Shown: positions 8,739 through 18,590 of the stretch, piece after piece | How the letters are laid out: every line of letters starts with the position of its first letter | Numbering within the stretch: position 1 is the stretch's first letter | Assembly: GCA_028688325.1 (NCBI GenBank) | Contig: JAQTYI010000002.1 | Span: forward strand, 161,284 to 225,283 | Direction of reading: 5' to 3' | DNA: 64,000 nucleotides | DNA from: Candidatus Portnoybacteria bacterium | GTDB taxonomy: Bacteria; Patescibacteriota; Minisyncoccia; Portnoybacterales; GWB1-42-6 | Notes under the pieces: model-generated | Seen by the model: the letters and a program-made list of their open reading frames with translations, nothing else | Databases searched by the model: none | Told to the model about the DNA's origin: nothing | Position numbers and translations under genes: made by a program

Positions 8739-10973
8739 TCAGAGCCCCAGCCCCTTGATAAACTGCTCGCTTTGACTCTGATAGCTCGGATTAATTTGGA
8801 TCGCCTGCAGGGCCAGTTCCTTGGCTTTCTGCTTATCGCCCATTTGGGCGTAAACCGCCGCCAAACTGGCGTAAGGAGCCGCGTCGCCGGATGCCAATTT
8901 TATCCATTCCTGGTGAAGCGCGATGATGCGCGGCCAATCGCTGGTGCGCTTATAAGCACTGATCAGTTGCTTAATCTCCGTCAGCCCATATGCCCGGCCC
9001 AGCTCCTTGGCTTTTTTAATTTCCGCCTCGCCCAAATCTTTTTGACCGACGCCAATGGCAATCACGCCGTAATTCCAATGCGATAAAGACACTCTGTCGT
9101 TCAACTCCACCGCACGCTTGAATTGCGCCAAAGCATCGGCTGGCCGGCCCTGGTACATCTTTATTTGGCCGGTATAAAAATAAAGCTCTTGCCGAGTGGG
9201 ACTTAATTCCAAAGCTTTTTGCAACAGCGCATCGGCTTGCGCTAAATAATCGTTATCCGACGCGGCCGACGACAAATAAACGCTAGTCAGCATCATCATA
9301 AACCGCACATTCAGCGGTTCCTGCCCCAGGGCCCCGTTCATGCCGTCGATCGCCAATTTTGTAAACTTCTTCTTGACATCCGCCGGAATGTTGCTGTTCT
9401 GCGATAATTGCAAAGCCGCATCCTGGACGCGCATAGCGATTTCCGGCAAACCGTATGTGCCGATATCAAAAGACGCCTTAAATTGCGCCAGCGATTCATC
9501 CGCCTTGCCTTGCTGTAAAGTTTGCAAAGCGCCTATGCCTTCCATACTGGCCAGGCCCGGCTTTATGTTCACGAAATAAAGCGCGAACGCCAGAATCAGA
9601 ACCGTCGTAACTTTAAAAAAGAAATTCGGTCTTACCGGCTGAATATTAAGATTTTCCGCAGAAGGTTTCACGCTTAAAAAAACAATGAAAGCCATTATGG
9701 AATAAAACATCAGAAGCGTCACCTGCGTGTCGAACACAAAAACATTCTGAATGCCATAGGTCAACAAAACCACCGAAAAAATGGCCGCGGTAAAATAAGT
9801 TATTTTCCCTTGCCGCCAAGCCGACCATAAATACCAGAAAGCTAAAAAGATCACCGCCAAATAAGCCGCCATTCCCAGCAGGCCCGTGTTGACCAAAATA
9901 TCCAAATAAGCGTTATGCGAACGATCAAACCACGACTCCACCGGATAAAGATCGGGGTTATAAAATTGGTTAAAAACGACATAATAATTTTCCGGCCCCC
10001 AGCCAAAAAGCGGTTTTCCCAAAAAGCCCCGCCAACTCATTTGCCACGCCATTAAGCGCGTTTGGGCGGTTGTTTCGGCCAAGTTGATATGGGTAATCCG
10101 GCTCAAAGTCGGGCTATTTTGAACAAAAGCGGAATCACGGCTTAGAAAAATAAAACCGCCGACCAAGAACAGACCGATAAAAACCGCCAGAAGGTATCTT
10201 TTTAATCTTTCCGGCCGCGCAAAAGGCAGGATCGCCAGGTCTTTTTGGCGAGCAAAGATAAAAAATATAAACAGGCCCAGAACCCCGGCTCCAAAAGCCA
10301 CCAACGCGCCTCTGGTCTGGGTTTCATACATAACAAACAGATTTACCACTATCGCCAAACCGTAGAAAAGACGCCAGCCGGTTGATCTTTTTTCCAGCAT
10401 CAGCCAGAGGGCGAATAAAGCGTTAAAAAGCATATAGCCGGCCAAAAAAGAAGCGTTGCCGATGGTACCATCCAAACGCGCGCCGCCGCTGGAAGTAAAA
10501 ATGCCAGCCAGCTGTCCCAAGCCGTAAAACGCTTCTATAACGCTGGCTAAAATCGAAAAATCGAAAAATTTGTGCCAGTCCTTCTGGGTTTTGAAAATAT
10601 TAGCCGCCACGAATAAAAATCCCAGATAATGCAAGAGCGATATTACGCCGGCCATGCGCTCGTAGTTTGACCAGAAGCTGTGATATGTGTTCACTCCGAA
10701 AATCGAGCTCAATATCATCACCACAAAATATGCCGTCAGTGCTTTAAAAAGCCAGGATGAGCGGGGTCGGTAGTCGGGATTTTTTAATGCCAAAAACAGA
10801 TATAACGCGAGAATGATTTCCACAATTATTTGGAAAGACGCTTGTTTGGGGAAAATATACGGGAAAATAAAACTTCCGCCGATAAGCAAGGGCATAAAAA
10901 GACAAGCGAAAAGACCGGCTTTGATGGTTGAAACGAGCCAATTTGACTGATAGCTTTTAACCGATTTTGACAT
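8739..10973 (-). CDS. O-antigen ligase (Wzy_C) family membrane protein with C-terminal TPRs
   Basis: Multi-TM; GTIGNASFLAGY, TQTRGA, RL..W...W......PLFGWGPEN, DRSHNAYLD; TPR-like tail. Start set at MSKSV because the upstream extension is repeat DNA. Confidence 0.88.
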   Translation of the reverse strand: MSKSVKSYQSNWLVSTIKAGLFACLFMPLLIGGSFIFPYIFPKQASFQIIVEIILALYLFLALKNPDYRPRSSWLFKALTAYFVVMILSSIFGVNTYHSFWSNYERMAGVISLLHYLGFLFVAANIFKTQKDWHKFFDFSILASVIEAFYGLGQLAGIFTSSGGARLDGTIGNASFLAGYMLFNALFALWLMLEKRSTGWRLFYGLAIVVNLFVMYETQTRGALVAFGAGVLGLFIFFIFARQKDLAILPFARPERLKRYLLAVFIGLFLVGGFIFLSRDSAFVQNSPTLSRITHINLAETTAQTRLMAWQMSWRGFLGKPLFGWGPENYYVVFNQFYNPDLYPVESWFDRSHNAYLDILVNTGLLGMAAYLAVIFLAFWYLWSAWRQGKITYFTAAIFSVVLLTYGIQNVFVFDTQVTLLMFYSIMAFIVFLSVKPSAENLNIQPVRPNFFFKVTTVLILAFALYFVNIKPGLASMEGIGALQTLQQGKADESLAQFKASFDIGTYGLPEIAMRVQDAALQLSQNSNIPADVKKKFTKLAIDGMNGALGQEPLNVRFMMMLTSVYLSSAASDNDYLAQADALLQKALELSPTRQELYFYTGQIKMYQGRPADALAQFKRAVELNDRVSLSHWNYGVIAIGVGQKDLGEAEIKKAKELGRAYGLTEIKQLISAYKRTSDWPRIIALHQEWIKLASGDAAPYASLAAVYAQMGDKQKAKELALQAIQINPSYQSQSEQFIKGLGL

Positions 10974-10979
10974 AATTTT

Positions 10980-11118
10980 ATAAATTTCTAATTGATTACA
11001 CAAAATCCCAATGCCCAAAACCAAAACCCAAATAAAATCACGAATCTCAAATCTCAAATTATTAAAGATTTGGGGTTGGGATTTTATTGGAAATTTGTCA
11101 TTGGGATTTGCTTGAAAA
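10980..11118. repeat. Inverted heptamer-repeat module, empty
   Basis: AAATCCC/AAATCTC units and GGGATTT arms; 11076-11097 is an exact reverse complement of 8291-8312. Confidence 0.75.
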
Positions 11119-13188
11119 TTATTTTATCTGTTCCCAATACCGCCTAACTTCCTCACCCATTTTACCATCAATCTTTTGCGCTTGTGAAATGATTTCCTGC
11201 GCTTTGGCCTGTTGCCCCGATAAAGAATAGCCGGCCGCCAAGACCAGATAGGCGTCTTTTTTATTCGGCCTCAGCTCTTTAGCTCGGTTGCCCAAGTCAA
11301 TGGCCATGCTCATCCGGCCACGGTCTTGGGTCGAAAAATAAAGATCCAACCAGGCCAGCGCAAGATAATTCCCGGCTTGGTCGGGCGAGCGCTCAATCCC
11401 TTTTGCCAGCGCCGCGGCGGCGATATTATAAAAGTCCTCATTTTGCGCCAAAGCCGGGTTTTGATTGATTTTATCAATATAGTCCAAAGAGGCCTGATAT
11501 GCAATCTCGGCGGAACCGAATGCGCCCAGATCAAGCGCATCTTTCAGCAGAGGCGCCTCAAGGGCGGCATTTTCCGCGGGCAATGACAATATCTGGTTGG
11601 CCCGGTAGGCGGCCAGGAGAGGTTTGAAATTAAAAGAGTAAACGGCCGTTAGCAAATAGCCGACAACCAATAGCAAAATAATTTTTTTAAAAACACTCCA
11701 CTCGCCGCCGCGAGAAATCTCCCGCCGGCAAGGAAATATCACGCAGTCGGACTGCGTGATATTGACGATAAATGCCAGAACGAAAAACAGCATTAGATAA
11801 GAAACAAAGGAATCAAAAATAAAAAAATTCTGGACCAGATACGCGGCCAGGAGAGACAAAAAAATGACAGAAAATAAAAACGCCTTTTTTTTATTTTCTG
11901 TCATCCCGGACTCGATCCGGGATCCAGGAGCATGGATTCCGGCTTTCGCCGGAATGACAACCCTAATTAATTCATAGCTTACTATAATAAAAATACCCAA
12001 ATACGCCAACAATCCCAGCCAACCCGTTGCCACGCCGTAATCAAAAATAAAATTGTGTGCGCGGTCAGTTGCGTAGGCCTCAAATTCCGCCAGGCGCGGC
12101 GATAGATATCGGCCCGTGGCCGCCTCGAAATTTTCCGGACCAAAACCCAAAATCGGCTTGGTTTGCCAGGCCCGCCAAGCGCCTTGCCAAAGAAGCAAGC
12201 GGCTTTGGGTCGTGGCATCGCTCAGGGAAAAATGGGTTAAGCGATACAGAGTTGAATTATTTTTTACCAGGTCGTTGCCGCGGAAAAGAAACAAAGAAAT
12301 AATCAAAACAAAAATAATGGCCAAAAACACCCAGCTTGTTTTTTTTGTCATCCCGAATTTATTTTGGGATTTCCTGTCACTGGATCCTGAAACAAGTTTA
12401 GGACGACAAACTTCTTGATTAAATAAAAAAATAATTATCCCCGCCGCCAGCCCCAGCCACGCGCCGCGCGTGCCGGACAATAATAAGCTTATGGTTAATA
12501 GCAAAGAACTAATAGCAAAAAACCATTTTCGCCACCCGGCCGACGCAAAAAATAAATAACCGGCTAAAAAAAGATTAAGCAAGGCATAGCCGGCAAAAAA
12601 GCCCGCGTTGCCGATAAGACCAAAGACCCGGCCATTTGCCGGCAAAAGAATACCCCAGCCCCCCAGGCGCTGAATAAGGGCTGTGAGGGCGATAAATACG
12701 GCCACTGCCACTGAAATTCCCGCTAATTTAACCCAATCTTGCTGCCCCTTAAAAACGGCGGATAACATTAAAAACCAAGCAACAAAATGCGCTAAACCCC
12801 AAACTCCGCCTCCCCGCTCCAAACTACCCCAAAAACTATTGTAAAAATCTAAGCCAAAAATGGCAGAGAGAAGGTTGATGGCGAAAAAAACCAATACCGC
12901 GCCCGCAACGCTGGTAAACCAACTTGTGTAGCGGGCAGGCCTGGATTCCGGCTCTCCGCTCACGCTTCGGCCGAAATGACAAAATGTTTTGGGATATTTT
13001 AGCGCCAGATAAAGATAGAGCGCCGCGGCGATCTCCACCAAAATCCTGAACGCGAAAACTTTTGGCGCGGTATAAGGAAAAATAAAAGAAGCGCTGGCAA
13101 AAAGCGGCGCGGCCAGGCAAGCAGCCAGTAAAATTTTTATCAACCCGAAAATTTTATTATCTGTCTTAGAAAAATCTGAAATTTTCAA
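11119..13188 (-). CDS. Second O-antigen ligase family/TPR protein, containing five in-frame palindromic insertions
   Basis: GLIGNAGFFAGY, SGTRGA, PILGFGPEN, DRAHNFIFD; paralog of the 8739 gene; start codon uncertain. Confidence 0.85.
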   Translation of the reverse strand: MKISDFSKTDNKIFGLIKILLAACLAAPLFASASFIFPYTAPKVFAFRILVEIAAALYLYLALKYPKTFCHFGRSVSGEPESRPARYTSWFTSVAGAVLVFFAINLLSAIFGLDFYNSFWGSLERGGGVWGLAHFVAWFLMLSAVFKGQQDWVKLAGISVAVAVFIALTALIQRLGGWGILLPANGRVFGLIGNAGFFAGYALLNLFLAGYLFFASAGWRKWFFAISSLLLTISLLLSGTRGAWLGLAAGIIIFLFNQEVCRPKLVSGSSDRKSQNKFGMTKKTSWVFLAIIFVLIISLFLFRGNDLVKNNSTLYRLTHFSLSDATTQSRLLLWQGAWRAWQTKPILGFGPENFEAATGRYLSPRLAEFEAYATDRAHNFIFDYGVATGWLGLLAYLGIFIIVSYELIRVVIPAKAGIHAPGSRIESGMTENKKKAFLFSVIFLSLLAAYLVQNFFIFDSFVSYLMLFFVLAFIVNITQSDCVIFPCRREISRGGEWSVFKKIILLLVVGYLLTAVYSFNFKPLLAAYRANQILSLPAENAALEAPLLKDALDLGAFGSAEIAYQASLDYIDKINQNPALAQNEDFYNIAAAALAKGIERSPDQAGNYLALAWLDLYFSTQDRGRMSMAIDLGNRAKELRPNKKDAYLVLAAGYSLSGQQAKAQEIISQAQKIDGKMGEEVRRYWEQIK
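11735..11763. repeat. Palindrome with CACGCAGTC-N-GACTGCGTG core, in-frame (TQSDCV)
   Basis: AATATCACGCAGTC G GACTGCGTGATATT; same core at 57988-58026. Confidence 0.85.
11899..11959. repeat. TGTCAT...ATGACA REP-like element, in-frame (VIPAKAGIHAPGSRIESGMT)
   Basis: Same family as the intergenic copies at 14002, 38991, 43306 and 63124. Confidence 0.85.
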
Positions 13189-13295
13189 TTTTCAATGATC
13201 AATTATCAATGAATTTTCAATGATTAAATTTTCAATTGATAATTTGAAAATTGGTGATTGATTGAAAATTGTAAATTGATAATTGAAAATTACTT
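13180..13295. repeat. Inverted heptamer-repeat module (TTTTCAA / TTGAAAA)
   Basis: Shares TTTTCAATTTTCAATG with 20415-20545. Confidence 0.75.
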
Positions 13296-13297
13296 TA

Positions 13298-13990
13298 TTA
13301 CTGCTTCGCTTCCAACTCCGCCAAGTCCGCTTTGGCGGCCGCGTTATCGGGCAATAGACGCACCAACTCCTTGTACCACTGGATAGCTTTATTCGTTTGG
13401 TTCGTATCCCGGAAATAACCGGCCAGCGGACCGATCAGATTGGCATTATCGGGAAATTTTTGCAAGGCCTCCAGCATCGTGGTTTCATACATCGCTTCTT
13501 GCCCGGGCAAACGATAGCGGTAGATATCCGCCATCATTAAATAAAAATTAATATCGTTCGGTTCATTGGCAATAGCTATCTTTATCATTTCCAGCCCTTT
13601 TTGCGGCTGGTTCAAAAAATTAGCGTAGAGATCCGCCAAATTGACGAACGGCGGCGAACTTTTAGGCCGAAGCTGCGCCGCATATTGCCAAACATCCCGC
13701 GCGCCTTCATAATCGCCCACACCTTTTTTCAATATCCCCAAAAAAAGCCAACCGGTAAAATCCTCCTGATCGGCCCGCAAGCGGACCAAAGCTTTATTAA
13801 AATTTTCCTGATAGATTCGCGCTTCTCCAGCGGAGAGATTTTTATCTTTTATTTCAAAAATTAATAATTTTTCCGGAGTCAAAACAGCTTCTTTTTTAAA
13901 AATATATCCTTGTTGATAGGCGAAAAAAACGCCGGCAGATAAAACTAATGCGGTCATGACGCCACAAATAATATAATATTTTTTAGACAT
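13298..13990 (-). CDS. Membrane-anchored TPR protein
   Basis: N-terminal TM followed by TPR-like helices; the track's N-terminal extension (to 14125) is the translated repeat at 14002-14069. Confidence 0.8.
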   Translation of the reverse strand: MSKKYYIICGVMTALVLSAGVFFAYQQGYIFKKEAVLTPEKLLIFEIKDKNLSAGEARIYQENFNKALVRLRADQEDFTGWLFLGILKKGVGDYEGARDVWQYAAQLRPKSSPPFVNLADLYANFLNQPQKGLEMIKIAIANEPNDINFYLMMADIYRYRLPGQEAMYETTMLEALQKFPDNANLIGPLAGYFRDTNQTNKAIQWYKELVRLLPDNAAAKADLAELEAKQ

Positions 13991-14001
13991 AATAAAAATT
14001 A

Positions 14002-14069
14002 TGCCATACCGGATTAAATCCGGCATCCAGGCCCTAAATTCTGGATCCCGCGGCAAGCCCGGGATGACA
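14002..14069. repeat. TGTCAT-family REP-like element
   Basis: TGCCATACCGGATTAAATCCGGCATCCAG...CTGGATCCCGCGGCAAGCCCGGGATGACA. Confidence 0.8.
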
Positions 14070-14112
14070 AAAAATGAATAATTACTTAACGGTATTCTAT
14101 CAAATTTTTCCC

Positions 14113-14159
14113 AAAAAGAAAACACCCAAAGCCCGAAGGCAAAGGGTGTTCTCTTTTTT
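14113..14159 (-). terminator. Terminator of the S-layer-like gene
   Basis: AACACCC...GGGTGTT stem flanked by A and T tracts. Confidence 0.6.
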
Positions 14160-14209
14160 CCCGCGGCTAAGTCACAAGCAAAGCCGAAGGAATTTTCTCA
14201 TTTAAGAGA

Positions 14210-17200
14210 TTATTTGCTCAAGGTTTGAGCCGTCAGGTTGGAAGAAGGCAAACCTGAAACCAGGTAGCCGTTCGTCCAATCAGTTATAGACGAACCAACC
14301 GGCGTCGTATCATGGCTGGCGCTTGAAACATCAGACCAGATGAAGTCGTCGCTGGCGTCCAACTCAGCATTGTCAAAGGTCACCATACCAGCGCTCATAG
14401 ATGTCGGAGCTGCGGCATCACCCATCAAGTAGGTGGTAACCGAAGCGCCCGAACCGGCACCGGCAATAGTTCCTCGCAACGCAAAGGTGCGAGAAGTGCC
14501 GGCGGAAACGGTTCTGGTAGTGGTCGCTGTGCCCCAAGTCGCGGCCGCAGCATAGGTATAGATGTCAATGACACCGCCCATGTCCGCGTAGAACTGAGTG
14601 TTCGTGGTCGTCGCGTTTAGGGTGACTTGAGCCGACTCTGTTATATCCACCAAGGTAATATCCTTAATGGACAAATGTGCGCCGAGAACCGATTGGCTGG
14701 TAGTCGCGATCGTGAAGGTGAACTTGACCAAGTCAATGTCGCCCTTGGCATCAGCGGACACTTTGAATCTATACAAATCCATAGTGCCGTTAGTCAAAGT
14801 GTTGGTGTCCAACGCGACCGTGGAAACGGTCGGGACTGACTTGTAGATGTAAGCCGAGGTCTGCGCCGTGGTCGAGCTGTAGTTAGCAATTGACGCACCC
14901 GATGACTGGCCAGTACCCATGTTATATGTGGTGCTGGTTGAGCCATAGTAGTCAATCGCAATCTGATGGCCCGCATCCGCCACGGTGTTCGTGGTGAGGA
15001 TAGGCGCGATATCGGCCTTAATGGTAACGATCTTGTCAACATTCGGTGCAAGGACCAACGCCGGCGACAGAGTAAAGGTGGTTGACGCATTGTTGGTCAA
15101 GCCAACCGCATCGCCCGTGCCTAGCGTACCGCTAGCCAATAATGTCGCTCCGTCGTAGATATAAACTTTAGACAAATCGTTCGCTGAAGAGCTGGCATTT
15201 GTCAAAGCCAACATGACTTTAGTCACATTTATCTGTTCGGCGGTGGCCTTAAACTTCAACACGGTCATGGTATTGCCCGTGGTGTTACCCGCGATCAACT
15301 TGCCAGTCGGGGTTGAAGAATCCAGAACCACGCTGTATTGGCCGCCAGCCGCGATGGTCATCGCTTGGCCCGCCTGCGCCACGGTCACACCAGTGGCCGT
15401 AATGGTCAAAGTGGTGGAAACGCCGGTCGCTGTAATGGTCGGAGAGGCCTTCAAGCCCCAAGCATGGGTGCTGGTTGAGCCGGTCGTCGCGTTGCCCGCG
15501 ATATTGCCTTTCAGAGCGAGGGTCTTGGAAGTTCCCTTCGGAATTATCACGCCGGCGCTGTCCAAGGTAATAGTCGTCTGATTAGCCGCGTCGGCTGTGC
15601 CAGCCAAAGTGGTCACATTGCTACCGGTGTTTAGAGCGGTCGTGCCATCCCACAATTGCAAAGTGGAGATGTCGGTCGCTACGCCAGCCGCGCCGATGGT
15701 GTCTTGAACTTCAACCACAGTCACTTTGACATCTTCGCCGGAGGCGGTGGCGTCAAAGAGTAAATTGGCAAAAGTGTAGCCAACAATGCCGCGGATAACT
15801 TCTTGGGCCACCGGGGTGCCGGAAACCGAAACCACTAACGAGCCGCCCTTGACAGTCATGGTGTTGCCAGTAACTTGGGTGGCCGGAGTGGCGGTAATGG
15901 AATTGCCGGTCGTGCCGCCGGTGATGCTGGTAATCTTGTCACCCGGGGTATTGAAGCCCACCGCGATGGTGCCATCGTTGGTCAGCGTGGTCGCTAAATT
16001 ACCCTTGACAAGAACCTGGGTCGTGCCAACCGGGAAAGTAACAGTGCCGGTAAAGGTGGCTTTTGACTCGCCCGCGCTGGCATAAGCTGCATCAACCGGA
16101 CCAGCTAAAATAGTACCGTCGGCTTTAGTCAGGGTCATGTTGGTAATATTGCCAACACCCAAAGAAGAAGTGGCGATTTTCAAGATCATGCTCGCCACAT
16201 TGATTGGTTCGCCCGCGACAACAAAGTCGAAGGAGCCCAACAAAACGCCGGTCGCGCCTTTGGTAATGTTGGCGGCCGGAGCGCCGGTTGAACTCTTGTC
16301 AATGCGCAGAGAGCCGGTGCCGACGGTGATGTCATTGGCATTGAAGACCGGGTTGCCAGCCGTATTCCACGGGTATGTGGTGTTGGCATCCGGAGTCAAA
16401 TAATAACCATAGACATTACCCTTGATAACCACATCTGTCGTGCGATAAATATCGAACGAGATGGTTCTGGCTGAACCGCTCAAGATATTACCTTTGACGG
16501 TAAATTCTTTGGACAAACCCTTGGCAATAGTAATGCCAGCGGTGCCAAAAGAAGCGGTGAAATACTTACCGTCGGAAGAAACCGTTGTGGCATAGTTGGT
16601 CGTGCCATCAGAAACCACAACGCTCCCTAAGTCCGAAGACGCGGCCGAGCCGGACTGGTTAAACCGGATAGAGGTTATAGTCAGGTCTTCAATTGAACCA
16701 GCCGTGAATTTGACGCCGGAGAAATTGAAGTCGTTCGTGCCGACTTCCTTATTAGTGGAAGTGGCTGCATTCAACGAACCGGAAGCGACAGTGTAGCTGC
16801 CGATGCTCAAGGTTTCGTTGATGGTTTGGCTGTTGCCGGTTATCGGCAACACGCCGCTAACAGTAGCGGTGGTTTCCACCGAGACCAAAGCCAAATTAGC
16901 GGTCTGTCCGGCCGCGCTCTGCGAGGTGGACGGCATGTTGGCCGCTAAAGTGTAATACTTGGTAGTATTGGCCGGAATGGTAAAGGACTCCCGAACGGTG
17001 ATCTGGTGATCAGCATTCAAGGTTTGATTTAAGCCGATCTGAAGATTGGTCGTGTTATCAATCAAAGCGACTGAAGACAAGGCCGTATCAGCCGCTAAAC
17101 CGGTCCGCTGCGCTTTGATAGCCGTGACCGTAACATCGGTCGCGCCGGCCGTTAAAGCAAATTTTGTGAACGGAACGCGGGCCGCCTTCAAAGGCGCAAT

Positions 17201-17779
17201 ACCGGCCGCCGGAGTGTCAGAAGCCAAAGAAACCGTTACGGTTCCGGCCACACCCGGGGTGACAGTGGTTGAAGGAGAAGCAGAAGTTCCGCCAGTGATA
17301 TCAGCACCTGGGGTGTAGACATCGCGGTCAGTGGTATTTATCTGGTAAACAGAATCCCAATCATAACCGGCGGCGGTGAACGCTTCGGCGGTCATGTTGA
17401 CCCACTGTTTCGAACCGTTATCGCTGTTTGGAACCGGAACCAGGGAATAAACTTTAGGATCGCCGACGGCTCTCACTAAAGTAGAAGTCGTGAACTGGTC
17501 CATTTGCGCTTGAGTCACGGTCTTTATTCTGCTCCAGCTCAAGTGTTGATAACTGTTGAAAACGGACGGGCTCAAGACCAATCTTTTGAAGTTCTTGGCA
17601 CCCATGTATTTCACAATATAAACATCAAGAGTATTGGCAACTCTGATGGTGTCGCCTTCAAGAATGCCGGCAACAGCAGCGGAAGCAGCCAAAGGAGCCA
17701 AGGCCGCAACGCCAGACAACCACAAGATAGTGGTCACGCTGGTTGAAACGGAAATGACTTTTTTGAATGTTTTACTCAT
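14210..17779 (-). CDS. Large secreted Thr/Ser/Ala-rich beta-sandwich repeat protein, S-layer-like
   Basis: Signal peptide; repeated Ig-like modules (V.l.s.TP.......G......F...A..ED..VT..., YDG.T.L); no Cys seen; long upstream leader. Confidence 0.7.
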   Translation of the reverse strand: MSKTFKKVISVSTSVTTILWLSGVAALAPLAASAAVAGILEGDTIRVANTLDVYIVKYMGAKNFKRLVLSPSVFNSYQHLSWSRIKTVTQAQMDQFTTSTLVRAVGDPKVYSLVPVPNSDNGSKQWVNMTAEAFTAAGYDWDSVYQINTTDRDVYTPGADITGGTSASPSTTVTPGVAGTVTVSLASDTPAAGIAPLKAARVPFTKFALTAGATDVTVTAIKAQRTGLAADTALSSVALIDNTTNLQIGLNQTLNADHQITVRESFTIPANTTKYYTLAANMPSTSQSAAGQTANLALVSVETTATVSGVLPITGNSQTINETLSIGSYTVASGSLNAATSTNKEVGTNDFNFSGVKFTAGSIEDLTITSIRFNQSGSAASSDLGSVVVSDGTTNYATTVSSDGKYFTASFGTAGITIAKGLSKEFTVKGNILSGSARTISFDIYRTTDVVIKGNVYGYYLTPDANTTYPWNTAGNPVFNANDITVGTGSLRIDKSSTGAPAANITKGATGVLLGSFDFVVAGEPINVASMILKIATSSLGVGNITNMTLTKADGTILAGPVDAAYASAGESKATFTGTVTFPVGTTQVLVKGNLATTLTNDGTIAVGFNTPGDKITSITGGTTGNSITATPATQVTGNTMTVKGGSLVVSVSGTPVAQEVIRGIVGYTFANLLFDATASGEDVKVTVVEVQDTIGAAGVATDISTLQLWDGTTALNTGSNVTTLAGTADAANQTTITLDSAGVIIPKGTSKTLALKGNIAGNATTGSTSTHAWGLKASPTITATGVSTTLTITATGVTVAQAGQAMTIAAGGQYSVVLDSSTPTGKLIAGNTTGNTMTVLKFKATAEQINVTKVMLALTNASSSANDLSKVYIYDGATLLASGTLGTGDAVGLTNNASTTFTLSPALVLAPNVDKIVTIKADIAPILTTNTVADAGHQIAIDYYGSTSTTYNMGTGQSSGASIANYSSTTAQTSAYIYKSVPTVSTVALDTNTLTNGTMDLYRFKVSADAKGDIDLVKFTFTIATTSQSVLGAHLSIKDITLVDITESAQVTLNATTTNTQFYADMGGVIDIYTYAAAATWGTATTTRTVSAGTSRTFALRGTIAGAGSGASVTTYLMGDAAAPTSMSAGMVTFDNAELDASDDFIWSDVSSASHDTTPVGSSITDWTNGYLVSGLPSSNLTAQTLSK

Positions 17780-18239
17780 TTTTAATTTCGTATTTGATCC
17801 GCCAATTAAATTTCTTTAATTGACAAGATCTATTTTCAATTCGTTCGGTTATTTTTTTCCTTGCGAGAATTCCGATGGCTTGCGCCTTGGAATTGCACCC
17901 CCGCGCTTTTTCTCGTATCACCGAATAAGCGATATGATTTTTCTGCTCCGCGTTAATATCCGCGTAGCAGATCCGCGTTTTAAGGCGCGGCATAAAGCGA
18001 GGTGTCCTCGAGGTTTAATCTGCCACCCCCCTTTTTATTCATTCCGCTACGTCCCGTAAACAAGACATTCGCGCAATGGGGGCCAAGTAATAAATAACCT
18101 CTGAATTGATTTTTTAATGATTTTTTGTTTTTTTTGTTTCAAAAAGCCACTCGGAAACGAAACTCAAAACATCTGAGGAATTTCAACCTCAAATGCTTGA
18201 CGACCTGCAGTTCCCTTCCGTGCCCCAAACCGGGCCTAA

Positions 18240-18344
18240 TCCCGTTAGAAATTATTGAATAATCTTCTTAGCTCTTTAGCTTGCGCTTATTTATACGGAT
18301 AAGCCAGGTGCCGCCAAGCGATTACGCGATAATTTCTAACGGGA
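18240..18344. repeat. TCCCGTTAGAAATTAT...ATAATTTCTAACGGGA inverted-repeat element
   Basis: 16-bp terminal inverted repeats around about 70 bp. Confidence 0.75.
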
Positions 18345-18590
18345 CAAATCCCTTGTTTAAGACAAAAAATGGTCTTTTTTTCTATATAACGATTATATAA
18401 AATAACTACCCTTATAGTCAACCCCATTGGAAATTCATCCAAATATAGCTTTTATTCCGAATATAAGCCGGCGGCGGCTTCGCTTTTTCCGCTTATAATG
18501 CCGCAATTTTGGCTGAATTTCCAATGGAGCAGATCAGAACGACCTGCGGATAAACAATTCTTTTTTTTCTCTAAATAAGCCGATTTTTGT

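Noticed and set aside
13991-14125. N-terminal extensions of track ORFs (also 10974-11057, 59310-59372, 55699-55740)
   Set aside because: They translate repeat or intergenic DNA from alternative start codons; downstream ATGs fit better.
17772-18059. Short ORFs in the S-layer leader, or a known riboswitch
   Set aside because: No coding features, and no match that I can recognise to c-di-GMP, c-di-AMP, TPP, SAM or T-box consensus.
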